In this document: one piece after another, positions 9,400 to 18,441 of the stretch
Numbering within the stretch: position 1 is the stretch's first letter
Layout: every line of letters begins with the position of its first letter
Origin: an uncultured Gammaproteobacteria bacterium
GTDB lineage: Bacteria; Patescibacteriota; Microgenomatia; Daviesbacterales; UBA10151
Length of the DNA stretch: 64,000 nucleotides
Assembly (NCBI GenBank): GCA_964523905.1
Contig: CAZFYQ010000004.1
Location: forward strand, 31,535 to 95,534
Direction: 5' to 3'
Program-made: the position numbers and the translations under genes
Notes under the pieces: model-generated
What the model was told of the DNA's origin: nothing
The model's input: the letters and a program-made list of their open reading frames with translations, nothing else
The model's database searches: none

Positions 9400-10242
9400 A
9401 TGGGAAATTTGGGAATTTGGGCGGCCATTGGGGCAGCGCTGGCTTGGGGTTCATATAATGTTCCATTTAAAAAATCTCATTCCAGCAATTTTATTTTATT
9501 TCAACTCTTAACGAGTGTAGGTATATTATTATCCAGCATTATTCTATCATTAATATTCGGCTACGCCTTTGATTTAAACACCTACGGTTTACTGAGTGGA
9601 ATGCTCTGGGCCAGTGCTAATGCTGTTTCTCTGGTGGCTATTGCTAATTTGGGGTTATCACGGGCGGTGCCGCTGATGTCCTCCCTGGTAGTGGTCTCCT
9701 CATTTTTATGGGGAGTATTTTACTTTAAAGAAATCCCCTCAGGTATGTTGATGGGATTTGCCGGCATTGGTTTAATTATTTTAGGCATTATTCTAATTAG
9801 CACCACTACCAAGACTTTAAGTATTAATATAAAAAAGGGATTAGCGGCGGCAATTTTTTCCGGTACTGTCTGGGGTAGTCAATTAGTACCTTTAAAGATT
9901 GCAGCGCTTCCCATAACTATTTCTTTTTTTCCAGTGGCGGTGGGGATTTTTTTAACAGCCACGATTATTGCCATAGTGGCCAAAGTTAAATTCAGTAATA
10001 TTCCTTTAAAGTACGGACTACTCAGCGGGGTAATTTGGAATCTGGGAAATTTGCTGTCACTACTATCTATTGCTTTAATTGGTTTGGCCAAAGGCATGCC
10101 GATTGCCCAAAGTGCCACTTTAATTGCCGTTTGCTGGGGACTGTTTTACTTTAAGGAAGTCACTAAATTTAGATTAAAGATGCAGGTGTTAATCGGTGCT
10201 ATAATTTTACTAGGCGGAGTAGTAATTCTCTCGCTCACGTGA
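9400..10242 (+). CDS. GRP-family (GlcU/RbsU-like) sugar transporter, DMT superfamily
   Basis: ALAWGS, GLSRAVP, WGVFYFKE duplicated halves; 10 TM. Confidence 0.8.
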   Translation: MGNLGIWAAIGAALAWGSYNVPFKKSHSSNFILFQLLTSVGILLSSIILSLIFGYAFDLNTYGLLSGMLWASANAVSLVAIANLGLSRAVPLMSSLVVVSSFLWGVFYFKEIPSGMLMGFAGIGLIILGIILISTTTKTLSINIKKGLAAAIFSGTVWGSQLVPLKIAALPITISFFPVAVGIFLTATIIAIVAKVKFSNIPLKYGLLSGVIWNLGNLLSLLSIALIGLAKGMPIAQSATLIAVCWGLFYFKEVTKFRLKMQVLIGAIILLGGVVILSLT

Positions 10243-10312
10243 GAATACTATGGGTTTTCTTGGGGCGAATAAAAACCTTTGGCTTGCACGCTCGGCCTGA
10301 ATGTGTTAAATT

Positions 10313-10347
10313 GACAGCTTGAATTATAATTTTTAATTCAAGTTGTC
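10313..10347. promoter_or_regulatory. 14-bp inverted repeat upstream of rplY
   Basis: GACAGCTTGAATTA / TAATTCAAGTTGTC; follows TTGCAC-17-TAAATT (10284-10312). Confidence 0.55.
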
Positions 10348-10371
10348 ATCCTGAGCGAAGCGAAGGATCTC
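10343..10371 (+). repeat. REP-like palindrome immediately before the rplY start codon
   Basis: TTGTCATCCTGAGCGAAGCGAAGGATCTC. Confidence 0.8.
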
Positions 10372-10374
10372 ATT

Positions 10375-11127
10375 ATGGATAGACTTTCATTAAAAGCTGA
10401 GGAACGTAGTGTCCTTGGAAAAAAAGTTAAAAATTTAAGACTTAATGGCCAGCTCCCTGGTCATGTCTATGGCAAAGACGTTAGTGGAGAAAATGTACTG
10501 GTTACATCTTCTGACTTTCATAAAACCTTTAAACAAGCTGGAGAAACCGGATTAATTGATTTAAAAATCGGCGCGGAAAAAGTGCGTCCAGTCCTAATCC
10601 GTGAAGTGCAATATGATGTGATGACTGGCGAGCCAATTCATGTAGATTTTTTCCAGGTTAATTTGAAGGAAAAAGTTAAAGTACCAGTGCCAATTGAACT
10701 AATTGGTGAGGTACCGGAAAAAGTCCATTTGGGAGAAGCTATTGTTTTACAGACCTTAAACGAGGTCGAGGTAGAGGCCTTGCCAACTGACTTAATTGAA
10801 AAATTAGAAGTAGATATTTCCTCACTTAAAGAAATTGATGATGCCATTACCGTGGGACAACTGACATTTGATAGAGAAAAATTAACTGTTTCCGCCGATC
10901 CTGAAGAAGTTGTGGTTAAGCTAGCTCCAGCTGTTTCAGCTGAAACTCAAGAGTTACTAGAAGAACAAGCTGCAGAACAAGCAGCAGCTGCTGCCGAAAC
11001 TGAAGCAGGCGCTGAAAAGGCAGAGGGTGAAGAGGCTGCTGAGGGCGAGGCTGTAGCAGAGGGTGAAGCACCGGCCGAAGGCGAAAAAACTGAAGAAACT
11101 TCATCTGAAGAACCCAAAAAAGAATAA
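10375..11127 (+). CDS. rplY: 50S ribosomal protein L25 (CTC type, acidic tail)
   Basis: LPGHVYG, PIHVDFFQV, C-terminal CTC domain and Glu/Ala tail. Confidence 0.95.
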   Translation: MDRLSLKAEERSVLGKKVKNLRLNGQLPGHVYGKDVSGENVLVTSSDFHKTFKQAGETGLIDLKIGAEKVRPVLIREVQYDVMTGEPIHVDFFQVNLKEKVKVPVPIELIGEVPEKVHLGEAIVLQTLNEVEVEALPTDLIEKLEVDISSLKEIDDAITVGQLTFDREKLTVSADPEEVVVKLAPAVSAETQELLEEQAAEQAAAAAETEAGAEKAEGEEAAEGEAVAEGEAPAEGEKTEETSSEEPKKE

Positions 11128-11187
11128 TTCTTGCGGTGTATTTGCGTTTATTTTGCGGGAATCCCAGGCACAAATCCCCTACTTTTA

Positions 11188-13290
11188 TTACTTTGGCCAG
11201 TTTGCCAGCATAATACTATCTCCAGTATGAGGAAGTTTTTGCCAAAGTTCTTCTGTGATGAATGGCATGAATGGATGCAGTAGTTCCAAACAGGAGCGGA
11301 AAACATATTCTAAAACCGGTTGGGCATCAGCTCGTCTATCCTTAGTAGATTCAATATACTTATCCGCAAACTGATGCCAGATAAATTCATATAATGCATC
11401 CGCGCCATCATGGAATCTATATTGGTTAAGGGATTTGGTAACTTTTTCAGCAGTTTCTTTAAGTTGTTTTAGGATGGCTTGATCTTGCTCATGATTTGAT
11501 GAGGGTATGCTAGTTGGATCTAAGTGTTTTGCATCCTCCGGTGCAAAATCAATGATAAAACGGCCAATATTCCATAGTTTATTAGTAAAATTTCTCATGG
11601 CTTGTAGTTTAGGATGAGATAAAGACTGGTCATTACCAAAGGCTGTGCCATAAACCAAAGCCATCCTAACTGCGTCAGCTCCGTATTGGTCAGCAATTTC
11701 CATCGGGTTAACCACATTGCCCTTACTTTTACTCATTTTTTTACCTAAGGGATCTAAAACAGTTCCATGCAAAACAACGTCTTTAAACGGAATTTTCCCA
11801 GTGGTATAAATTCCTAGCATAATCATTCTGGCCACCCAGAAAAACAAAATATCCCGGCCGGTTTCCATAACTGAAGTGGGGTAAAATTTATCAAAATCGG
11901 ATGGATCATGGCTTGCCCTGAGCGTAGCGAAGGGCCATTGTCCAGAAGAAAACCAGGTATCAAACACATCAGAGTCACGTTCTAAGTTTGTTTCTCCACA
12001 ATTATCACATTGGGTGGGTTCTTCCCCTTCAGTTACAATCCACTGATTACAATTAATACAATTCCAGGCTGGAATCTGCGTCCCCCAAACAATCTGACGA
12101 GATATATTCCAATCCCTAATATTTTCCATCCAATTAAAGAAAGTTTTGGTATACATTGCAGGATAGATTTTTATTTGATCTTTTTTTACTGCCTCCATTG
12201 CTGGTTTAGCTAAGGGTTCAATTTTTATAAACCATTGCTCCAAAGGTAGCGGTTCAATTTCGGTGCCACATTTATAACAAACGCCCACTCGGTTTTTGTA
12301 ATTTTCATCAACTTTTTCAATCATGCCTTTTTCTTTCATTTCCTGGGCCACTGCAATTCTGGCTTCTTTAACTCTCATGCCAGCAAACTTGCCGGTTTTT
12401 TCATTAAGCCTGCCATCATAGCCAATAACTTGTCTTACTTCTAAATTATGTCTTTTGCCGATTTCAAAATCCGTGGCTGAATGAGCAGGAGTAACTTTAA
12501 CCACTCCAGTTCCAAATTCCGGATCAACTGCGCTATCTGCAATTACTTTTATTTTGGCTGGTCCTAAAACGGTTTCAATATCCAGTTCTTTCCCTATATA
12601 TTTTTGGTATCTTTTGTCATCTGGATGAACTGCCACCGCCGTATCACCAAATTTGGTTTCCGGCCTAACTGTAGCTAAAACCAAAGGGCCATATTTGATG
12701 TAATAAAAAGGAGTGGTGCGGTCTTCATAAACTACTTCCAAATCAGAAAAGCTGGTGCCATGTCTGGTGCAGTAATTAACAATCCGCTCAGCGCGATAAA
12801 TTAACCCGTCAGTATGCATTTTCTTAAAAGTTTTATAAACTAGTTTGATAATATCCGGATCCAGGGTAAATTTTTCTCGAGACCAGTCCACGGAAAATCC
12901 CAGTCTTCTAATTTGATCTTCCATAGCGCCTTTATTACTTTGCACAAAATCCCAAATCATCTGGAAAAGAGTGGGCCGATCATAGTCAAAGCGGCTCTTC
13001 TCCTTAGTAGATAGATATTTTTCAAACACCACCTGGGTTTCAAAGCCGGCATGATCAGCGCCGGGCAGCCAAAGAGTACTATCACCCAGCATCCGGTGAT
13101 ATCGGATTAAAATATCCTCCACTGTATACATGGCATGTCCAAAATGAAGCGGAGCATTGGCATTGGGTGGGGGAAGAATAATAGTAAAAGGGGAGCCGTC
13201 AGGATTTATTTCCGGTTTAAAAAATCCGGATTCCTCCCAAAACTGATACCATTTTTTCTCCACCTCTTCTTGGTTATATTGTTTGTCCAT
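11188..13290 (-). CDS. valS: valine--tRNA ligase (compact, no C-terminal coiled-coil arm)
   Basis: PPPNA..LHFGH, DHAG, RPET, DTWFSS, KMSKSKGN, LHPFMPFITEE. Confidence 0.97.
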   Translation of the reverse strand: MDKQYNQEEVEKKWYQFWEESGFFKPEINPDGSPFTIILPPPNANAPLHFGHAMYTVEDILIRYHRMLGDSTLWLPGADHAGFETQVVFEKYLSTKEKSRFDYDRPTLFQMIWDFVQSNKGAMEDQIRRLGFSVDWSREKFTLDPDIIKLVYKTFKKMHTDGLIYRAERIVNYCTRHGTSFSDLEVVYEDRTTPFYYIKYGPLVLATVRPETKFGDTAVAVHPDDKRYQKYIGKELDIETVLGPAKIKVIADSAVDPEFGTGVVKVTPAHSATDFEIGKRHNLEVRQVIGYDGRLNEKTGKFAGMRVKEARIAVAQEMKEKGMIEKVDENYKNRVGVCYKCGTEIEPLPLEQWFIKIEPLAKPAMEAVKKDQIKIYPAMYTKTFFNWMENIRDWNISRQIVWGTQIPAWNCINCNQWIVTEGEEPTQCDNCGETNLERDSDVFDTWFSSGQWPFATLRASHDPSDFDKFYPTSVMETGRDILFFWVARMIMLGIYTTGKIPFKDVVLHGTVLDPLGKKMSKSKGNVVNPMEIADQYGADAVRMALVYGTAFGNDQSLSHPKLQAMRNFTNKLWNIGRFIIDFAPEDAKHLDPTSIPSSNHEQDQAILKQLKETAEKVTKSLNQYRFHDGADALYEFIWHQFADKYIESTKDRRADAQPVLEYVFRSCLELLHPFMPFITEELWQKLPHTGDSIMLANWPK
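11911..11934 (+). repeat. REP-like palindrome in-frame in valS
   Basis: GCTTGCCCTGAGCGTAGCGAAGGG; coding strand reads PFATLRAS. Confidence 0.7.
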
Positions 13291-13329
13291 GTGTTTATTC
13301 TACCTTAGACTGGGATTGAAGGAAATGGT

Positions 13330-13665
13330 TTAAGATGGGACAGAAGCGGCTAATTCAATAGGTCTTAAAGCCTGGTCAAAAACCAATTCATTGTCACTAG
13401 TTACAGCCTGTACTCGATAATATGAACCATGAGGGTCCAAGGCATTATAAGAAACCTCTAAATAAATATCTCTTTCAACTAAAAAATCATTTGCCGCTTC
13501 TGAATCCGGGGATAATAATCCTGCTCCATACTGAAGAGCTAGGCGATAAGCAGGTCCTGGTACTGGAATGTGATCTGGTGTGTATGCTTCTTGATGAGCT
13601 AAATGACCAATCGCATAAGTTTCAGCCAAATCAGCATTTGCTTCTATCTCTCTTATATTAGCCAT
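13330..13665 (-). CDS. orphan hypothetical protein
   Basis: 111-aa ORF with a perfect TTGACA-17-TATAAT promoter at 13705-13677. Confidence 0.65.
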   Translation of the reverse strand: MANIREIEANADLAETYAIGHLAHQEAYTPDHIPVPGPAYRLALQYGAGLLSPDSEAANDFLVERDIYLEVSYNALDPHGSYYRVQAVTSDNELVFDQALRPIELAASVPS

Positions 13666-13734
13666 ATTAATTTTCGATTATAGAAACCATTCAGGTGTTT
13701 GTCAAGCGTAATGTAATCAGATATAATCGTCCAA

Positions 13735-14943
13735 ATGTTTAAATTGTCAGACAGAATTCAAACTATTCCGGTTTCAGCTACCCGTAAACTGGCATCCTTC
13801 GCTATTGCTGCTGAAAAGCAGGGAGTAAAAATTATTCATTTAAATATTGGGGATCCGGATATTAAGACTCCCAAAGTGATGTTGGATGTATTAAGGAATT
13901 GGGATTTGGAAACTATTCGCTATAGTGATTCTAAAGGTGAGTTGGCAACGCTTAAAGCCTTAGCTAGTTATTACCAAAAGTTAGGCTTTAAACAGATTAC
14001 TGAAGGTCAGTTACTGGTCACTGCCGGAGGATCAGAGGGAGTGGTGATGGCCTTATTTGCCGTTTGTGACCCGGAAGATGAGGTAGTGGTATTTGAGCCT
14101 TTTTATAGTAACTATTCTTCAATGGCCCACATGGCCGGGGTAAAGCTTGTTCCGGTTAAAACAGAGATTAAAGATGGTTTCCATTTGCCTAAGGAGTCTG
14201 TGATTGAAAAAGCCATTACCAAAAAAACCAAAGCCATTTTGTTTTGTTCACCTAATAATCCAACAGGTACTATTTATTCTAAAGCAGAAATTCAAATACT
14301 GGTAAATCTTTCCAAAAAACACGGACTGTTTTTAATTTCTGATGAAGTTTACCGGGAGTTTGTTTTCGAAGAAAATGCAAAACATGTTTCAGTTTTGCAG
14401 TCTTTGAACCAGATTCCTGATCAGATAATTCTTTTAGACAGTTTGTCAAAACGGTATAGCTTATGTGGTGGCCGGATCGGGGTATTTGTCACTTTAAACA
14501 AAGAAGTAATGGATGGGGTGGTTAAAATTGCCAAATCTCGCTTGTCAGCCGGGTTAATTGAACAAGTGATGGCAGCCAAACTAATGCAAGTGCCGGTCAG
14601 TTATACAAAAGGAGTGATTGCCGAGTATAAAAAAAGACGGGATCTTATTTATCAAGGACTATCAAAAATTAAAGGAGTGTTTATGGTTAAGCCCGAAGGA
14701 GCTTTTTATGCGATGGTTAGAATGCCTGTTAAAGATGCTGAAGATTTTTCCCGGTTTTTACTCACAGATTTTCGAATTAATAATACGACAGTGATGTTAG
14801 CTCCCGGATCCGGATTCTACATGACCCCTGGCCAAGGATTAGATGAGGTTAGGCTGGCTTATGTATTAGACGGTAAGCAGTTAGAAATGGCCATTAAGAT
14901 TATTGATGAAGGATTAAGAGAGTATAAATTAAGAAAGGGATAG
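13735..14943 (+). CDS. PLP-dependent aminotransferase class I/II
   Basis: LNIGDPD, SPNNPTG, SDEVY, SLSKRYSLCGGRIG. Confidence 0.93.
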   Translation: MFKLSDRIQTIPVSATRKLASFAIAAEKQGVKIIHLNIGDPDIKTPKVMLDVLRNWDLETIRYSDSKGELATLKALASYYQKLGFKQITEGQLLVTAGGSEGVVMALFAVCDPEDEVVVFEPFYSNYSSMAHMAGVKLVPVKTEIKDGFHLPKESVIEKAITKKTKAILFCSPNNPTGTIYSKAEIQILVNLSKKHGLFLISDEVYREFVFEENAKHVSVLQSLNQIPDQIILLDSLSKRYSLCGGRIGVFVTLNKEVMDGVVKIAKSRLSAGLIEQVMAAKLMQVPVSYTKGVIAEYKKRRDLIYQGLSKIKGVFMVKPEGAFYAMVRMPVKDAEDFSRFLLTDFRINNTTVMLAPGSGFYMTPGQGLDEVRLAYVLDGKQLEMAIKIIDEGLREYKLRKG

Positions 14944-15924
14944 ACCCGGATCTGCTTGAATAGTTAAGGGATCAACTGCTTTACCCCAAAACCCAGCCGC
15001 TGCAATCATGGCTCCATTATCAGTACACAAAGCCGGCGGTGGAACATTAATTTTGATGTTTAAACTGTTGCCTGCTGCCTGTAGCCTGTTGACTAACTGC
15101 TGATTCGCAGCTACTCCACCTGCGGCTATAATTTGTTCAACACCATACTTTTTAGCTGCTGCAATAGTCTTTGTCACTAGTACATCTACAATGGCAGCTT
15201 CAATCGAAGCAGCTAAATCACTTTTACTGTAAACTGTACCCTGTAAACTGTTAACTATATTTGCTACAGCTGTTTTTAGTCCGGAAAATGAGAAATCAAA
15301 GTCCTTAGAATCCCACATTGGCCTAGGTAGCTTGTAGATATCTTTTCCTTTAGCAGCTAATCTACTAATTTCCGGCCCGCCTGGGTAAGGCAGTCCCAAG
15401 AGCCTAGCGCATTTATCAAAGCATTCTCCGGCCGCATCATCTCTGGTTCCACCCAAGTATTCATATTTTCCGTGATCTTTAAAGAGCACTAAATCAGTGT
15501 GTCCGCCGGAAACCAGCAGTCCAATGCAAGGGAATTTGGGTGGATCAGTTTCTATCCAGTTGGCATAAAAATGTCCGAGTAAGTGATTTACTGGAATTAA
15601 AGGTTTTTTCCAGATTGTGGCCAAAGTTTTTGCGGTTTCTGTACCAACTAAGAGTGAGCCAATTAACCCTGGACCATAAGTTACTGCAATCGCGTCAATA
15701 TCCTGTGGCCTGATGCCTGCTGCCTGTAAACTCTCTTGTATCACCGGTATGATACTTTTCAGTTGTTCCCTGGCTGCTTGTTCCGGAATGATTCCCCCAT
15801 ATTTAGCTTGTAGCGCAGCACTAGATGCCACCACATTGGATAATATCTGTATCCGATCATTCTTTTGTTCCAGCACCGCTGCTGCGGTCTCATCACAAGA
15901 AGTTTCTATCCCTAAAATAATCAT
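14929..15924 (-). CDS. tsaD: tRNA N6-adenosine threonylcarbamoyltransferase
   Basis: GIETSCDET, VNHLLGH, VSGGHT, DDAAGECFDK, CTDNGAMIA. Confidence 0.97.
   Translation of the reverse strand: MIILGIETSCDETAAAVLEQKNDRIQILSNVVASSAALQAKYGGIIPEQAAREQLKSIIPVIQESLQAAGIRPQDIDAIAVTYGPGLIGSLLVGTETAKTLATIWKKPLIPVNHLLGHFYANWIETDPPKFPCIGLLVSGGHTDLVLFKDHGKYEYLGGTRDDAAGECFDKCARLLGLPYPGGPEISRLAAKGKDIYKLPRPMWDSKDFDFSFSGLKTAVANIVNSLQGTVYSKSDLAASIEAAIVDVLVTKTIAAAKKYGVEQIIAAGGVAANQQLVNRLQAAGNSLNIKINVPPPALCTDNGAMIAAAGFWGKAVDPLTIQADPGLSLS
15061..15095 (+). repeat. degenerate heptamer array in tsaD (1 of 3)
   Basis: taaactg ttgcctg ctgcctg tagcctg ttgacta; encodes LVNRLQAAGNSL. Confidence 0.75.
15223..15257 (+). 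repeat. degenerate heptamer array in tsaD (2 of 3)
   Basis: tttactg taaactg taccctg taaactg ttaacta; encodes IVNSLQGTVYSK. Confidence 0.8.
15699..15733 (+). repeat. degenerate heptamer array in tsaD (3 of 3)
   Basis: tatcctg tggcctg atgcctg ctgcctg taaactc; encodes ESLQAAGIRPQD. Confidence 0.7.
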
Positions 15925-15996
15925 GGCAGTATTTTAACAAGCCATTTTGGATTTGTCTTGTTGCAAAGTTGGAAAAATCGTGTAGAATAATTTTAA

Positions 15997-16635
15997 ATGA
16001 ACAGAAATGTGATCTATGCGATAGTAGTCGCGCTAATAGTTTTAGGAATTGGTGGGTTTATGGTATTAGGTAATAAATCATCCAAGCCAGCCACTACTAA
16101 TCAACCACAAGCTGAGGCTGCTTCCCCAACTCCTAGCAGTGAGTTTAGCTTAAAGGAATTGATTGCCGCTGGTGGATCTAAAAAATGTACGTTTACTTTA
16201 AAAGATAATACCTCCAGCGGTACTACTTTTATTGGTAACGGCAAGATGCGGGGAGATTTTTCTGTTAATACTGGCAAAACCCCAATTGCCTCGCATATGA
16301 TTGTAGATGGAACCACTGCCTATATTTGGACAGACAATCAGGCCATGGGTTTTAAAATGGACTTTTCAGCTATGGAAAAGCCAGCTGTTTCCGGTACACC
16401 TTCTCAAAGTAATGTGGATGTCAACCAAAAGGTTAACTATAACTGTAGCCCTTGGACTGTTGATGCCTCAGAATTTGTGTTACCAAAGGGAATTGATTTT
16501 AAAGACATGAGTGCCATGATGCCAAAAACCACTGGTAGCGCCGGTGGCTCCCCAACTATGGATAAGTGTAGTGCCTGTAACTCCTTAACCGGTGATTCCA
16601 AAACCCAGTGTCTAAAAGCTTTGTCCTGTAACTAA
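15997..16635 (+). CDS. membrane-anchored/secreted hypothetical protein
   Basis: N-terminal TM, low-complexity linker, beta-rich domain, Cys-rich C-terminus (CSAC...C....C). Confidence 0.75.
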   Translation: MNRNVIYAIVVALIVLGIGGFMVLGNKSSKPATTNQPQAEAASPTPSSEFSLKELIAAGGSKKCTFTLKDNTSSGTTFIGNGKMRGDFSVNTGKTPIASHMIVDGTTAYIWTDNQAMGFKMDFSAMEKPAVSGTPSQSNVDVNQKVNYNCSPWTVDASEFVLPKGIDFKDMSAMMPKTTGSAGGSPTMDKCSACNSLTGDSKTQCLKALSCN

Positions 16636-16638
16636 TCT

Positions 16639-17469
16639 TTGATTACGTCAACGAATGAGTTTATTAAAAACCCGATATACCTATCCTATACTGGATTATC
16701 AGATTTTCTAAAATGTCCGCGTAGCTACTATTTAAAAAACATTTACAAAGATTCTAAGAGAGGTTTTAAAATACAAATTATTTCTCCCTATTTAACCTTG
16801 GGATCCACAGTTCATGATGCGATTAAGTGGTTTCTGGAAATGAAAGGGGAGCCGACTAGGGATGAACTGGAGGCTAAATTTCGTAATTTATGGTTAAAGT
16901 ATCAAGGTAAAAGAGGGGGGTTTGATTCTCGTGAGCAGGAGGCAGAATTTGGTCAAAGGGGACTGAAGATGCTAAATAATTTCTTCCAAAACTGGACAGT
17001 TTTAGAACCAGCGGCTCCTGATTTAACTTTTCCTAAATATAATTTGGTAGATAATGTTATCTTGTTGGGCAACTTTGATTTTGTAGGAGAGCTTCCGGAT
17101 GGTACTTTGCATATTGTAGATTTTAAAACCGGGGCTAAAGATGAGGAATCCACCACCCAGCTATACATTTATGCCATTTTGGCAGAGGCAAATTACCAAA
17201 AGCCGGTTTCCAAAGCTTCATTTTGGTATTTAGATAGAGATGACGGGCCTCGGGAAATAGTCCTGGATCCTCTGGATAATCAGATTAAATGGTTACAGGA
17301 AAAAGCCAAGGAGTTAAAACAAGTTTTGGAAAAAGGCGAATGGGTTTGTTATAAATCCCCGGAGCTATGCCGTGATTGTCAGGCCTATCAGGATATTTTA
17401 GATGGCAAAGGCGAATGGTTATTCTCAGATTTCAGATACAAAAAAGAGATTTATTATTTAAAGAGATAG
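16639..17469 (+). CDS. PD-(D/E)XK nuclease, RecB/AddB/solo-Cas4-like
   Basis: LSY...FLKCPR, LGSTVH, GNFD..IVDFKTG, QLYIY, C-terminal C..CRDC. Confidence 0.85.
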   Translation: MITSTNEFIKNPIYLSYTGLSDFLKCPRSYYLKNIYKDSKRGFKIQIISPYLTLGSTVHDAIKWFLEMKGEPTRDELEAKFRNLWLKYQGKRGGFDSREQEAEFGQRGLKMLNNFFQNWTVLEPAAPDLTFPKYNLVDNVILLGNFDFVGELPDGTLHIVDFKTGAKDEESTTQLYIYAILAEANYQKPVSKASFWYLDRDDGPREIVLDPLDNQIKWLQEKAKELKQVLEKGEWVCYKSPELCRDCQAYQDILDGKGEWLFSDFRYKKEIYYLKR

Positions 17470-17472
17470 AGT

Positions 17473-18414
17473 TTATTTCTTTACTGGTTTATCAACGAAA
17501 ACATAAAACTGCCTGGTTGCCGGTTCTTGTATTTGGTGGGCAGCTATAAGTTGTCGACGTAACTCTGCACCTATTTTTTTGGGAAATTTCATTTTATTCA
17601 TAAAGTAGAGTTTTTTAAGAGCAGTTTGGGCTGCTTTTTTATCAATAAACTCCATAGTATGCCCGATTTTACTAGATTCTTCAGAATGCCTGCCAATACT
17701 ATCAACAATTCCTTCTAATGGGTAGGAAAAGCCTTGAAGTTCCATTGCGACTAGTCCTGTTACCTGTGCTACTTCCGGTCCAAATCTGGAATATGCTTGA
17801 GTGACAGAATTCCGAGCATATTCCAATGGTGAATATTCAGATGAATGAAGGTAATTAGCTTTTCCGATAATTGCAGTGTAAGCTCTGGCAGTTTCCGGAT
17901 CCCTTAAGTTAATACGATCAACGCTTGGAGCATTAGCTGGTTTTAGCCACTCAGCAGCTGTTCCAAAAGCAATTACCATCCGGGCATTCTGACCTAAAAC
18001 TTGTCGTGGGTCTTCTGAAGATGCGCCAAACCTTCCAGTTATTAGTTCTGGTCGAGTAACCGGGGTACCTCTGTAGATCTCATCAAGTAATATTCCATCA
18101 AAAATACTAAATCCACGAACTTTTTTAAAAGCAGCTTCTCTGGCTTCTTCATCGCTCATCTTTTCTAATAATTCATCTGGGACTCCTCTGCGACTTAAAA
18201 TTTCACCGTACAAAGATCGACGCAAAGTAACTATGTTTTCTTCTACCTCAACTTCTTCTAAGCCATTTCTCATTTTCCGTTTAACTATTTCTTCAGTTCT
18301 TTGAAAAGGAACACCGCGGACAAAAGTAGGGGTCGGTTCAGCTTGTAATAAATCTACAAGACCACCGGAATCAATTGGTTGGAGAAGAGCCTCTATTTCT
18401 GTTTGCATGAGCAC
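17473..18414 (-). CDS. orphan hypothetical protein
   Basis: 313-aa ORF filling the gap; no recognisable motif. Confidence 0.65.
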   Translation of the reverse strand: MLMQTEIEALLQPIDSGGLVDLLQAEPTPTFVRGVPFQRTEEIVKRKMRNGLEEVEVEENIVTLRRSLYGEILSRRGVPDELLEKMSDEEAREAAFKKVRGFSIFDGILLDEIYRGTPVTRPELITGRFGASSEDPRQVLGQNARMVIAFGTAAEWLKPANAPSVDRINLRDPETARAYTAIIGKANYLHSSEYSPLEYARNSVTQAYSRFGPEVAQVTGLVAMELQGFSYPLEGIVDSIGRHSEESSKIGHTMEFIDKKAAQTALKKLYFMNKMKFPKKIGAELRRQLIAAHQIQEPATRQFYVFVDKPVKK

Positions 18415-18441
18415 GAGTTATACCAGAAAACTATCCTGTAG

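Noticed and set aside
10960-11124. Repetitive Glu/Ala/Gly tail of rplY as a DNA repeat element
   Set aside because: Codon-phased low complexity typical of CTC-type L25 tails
16639-17469. CRISPR-Cas locus
   Set aside because: No repeat-spacer array or other cas genes in the window
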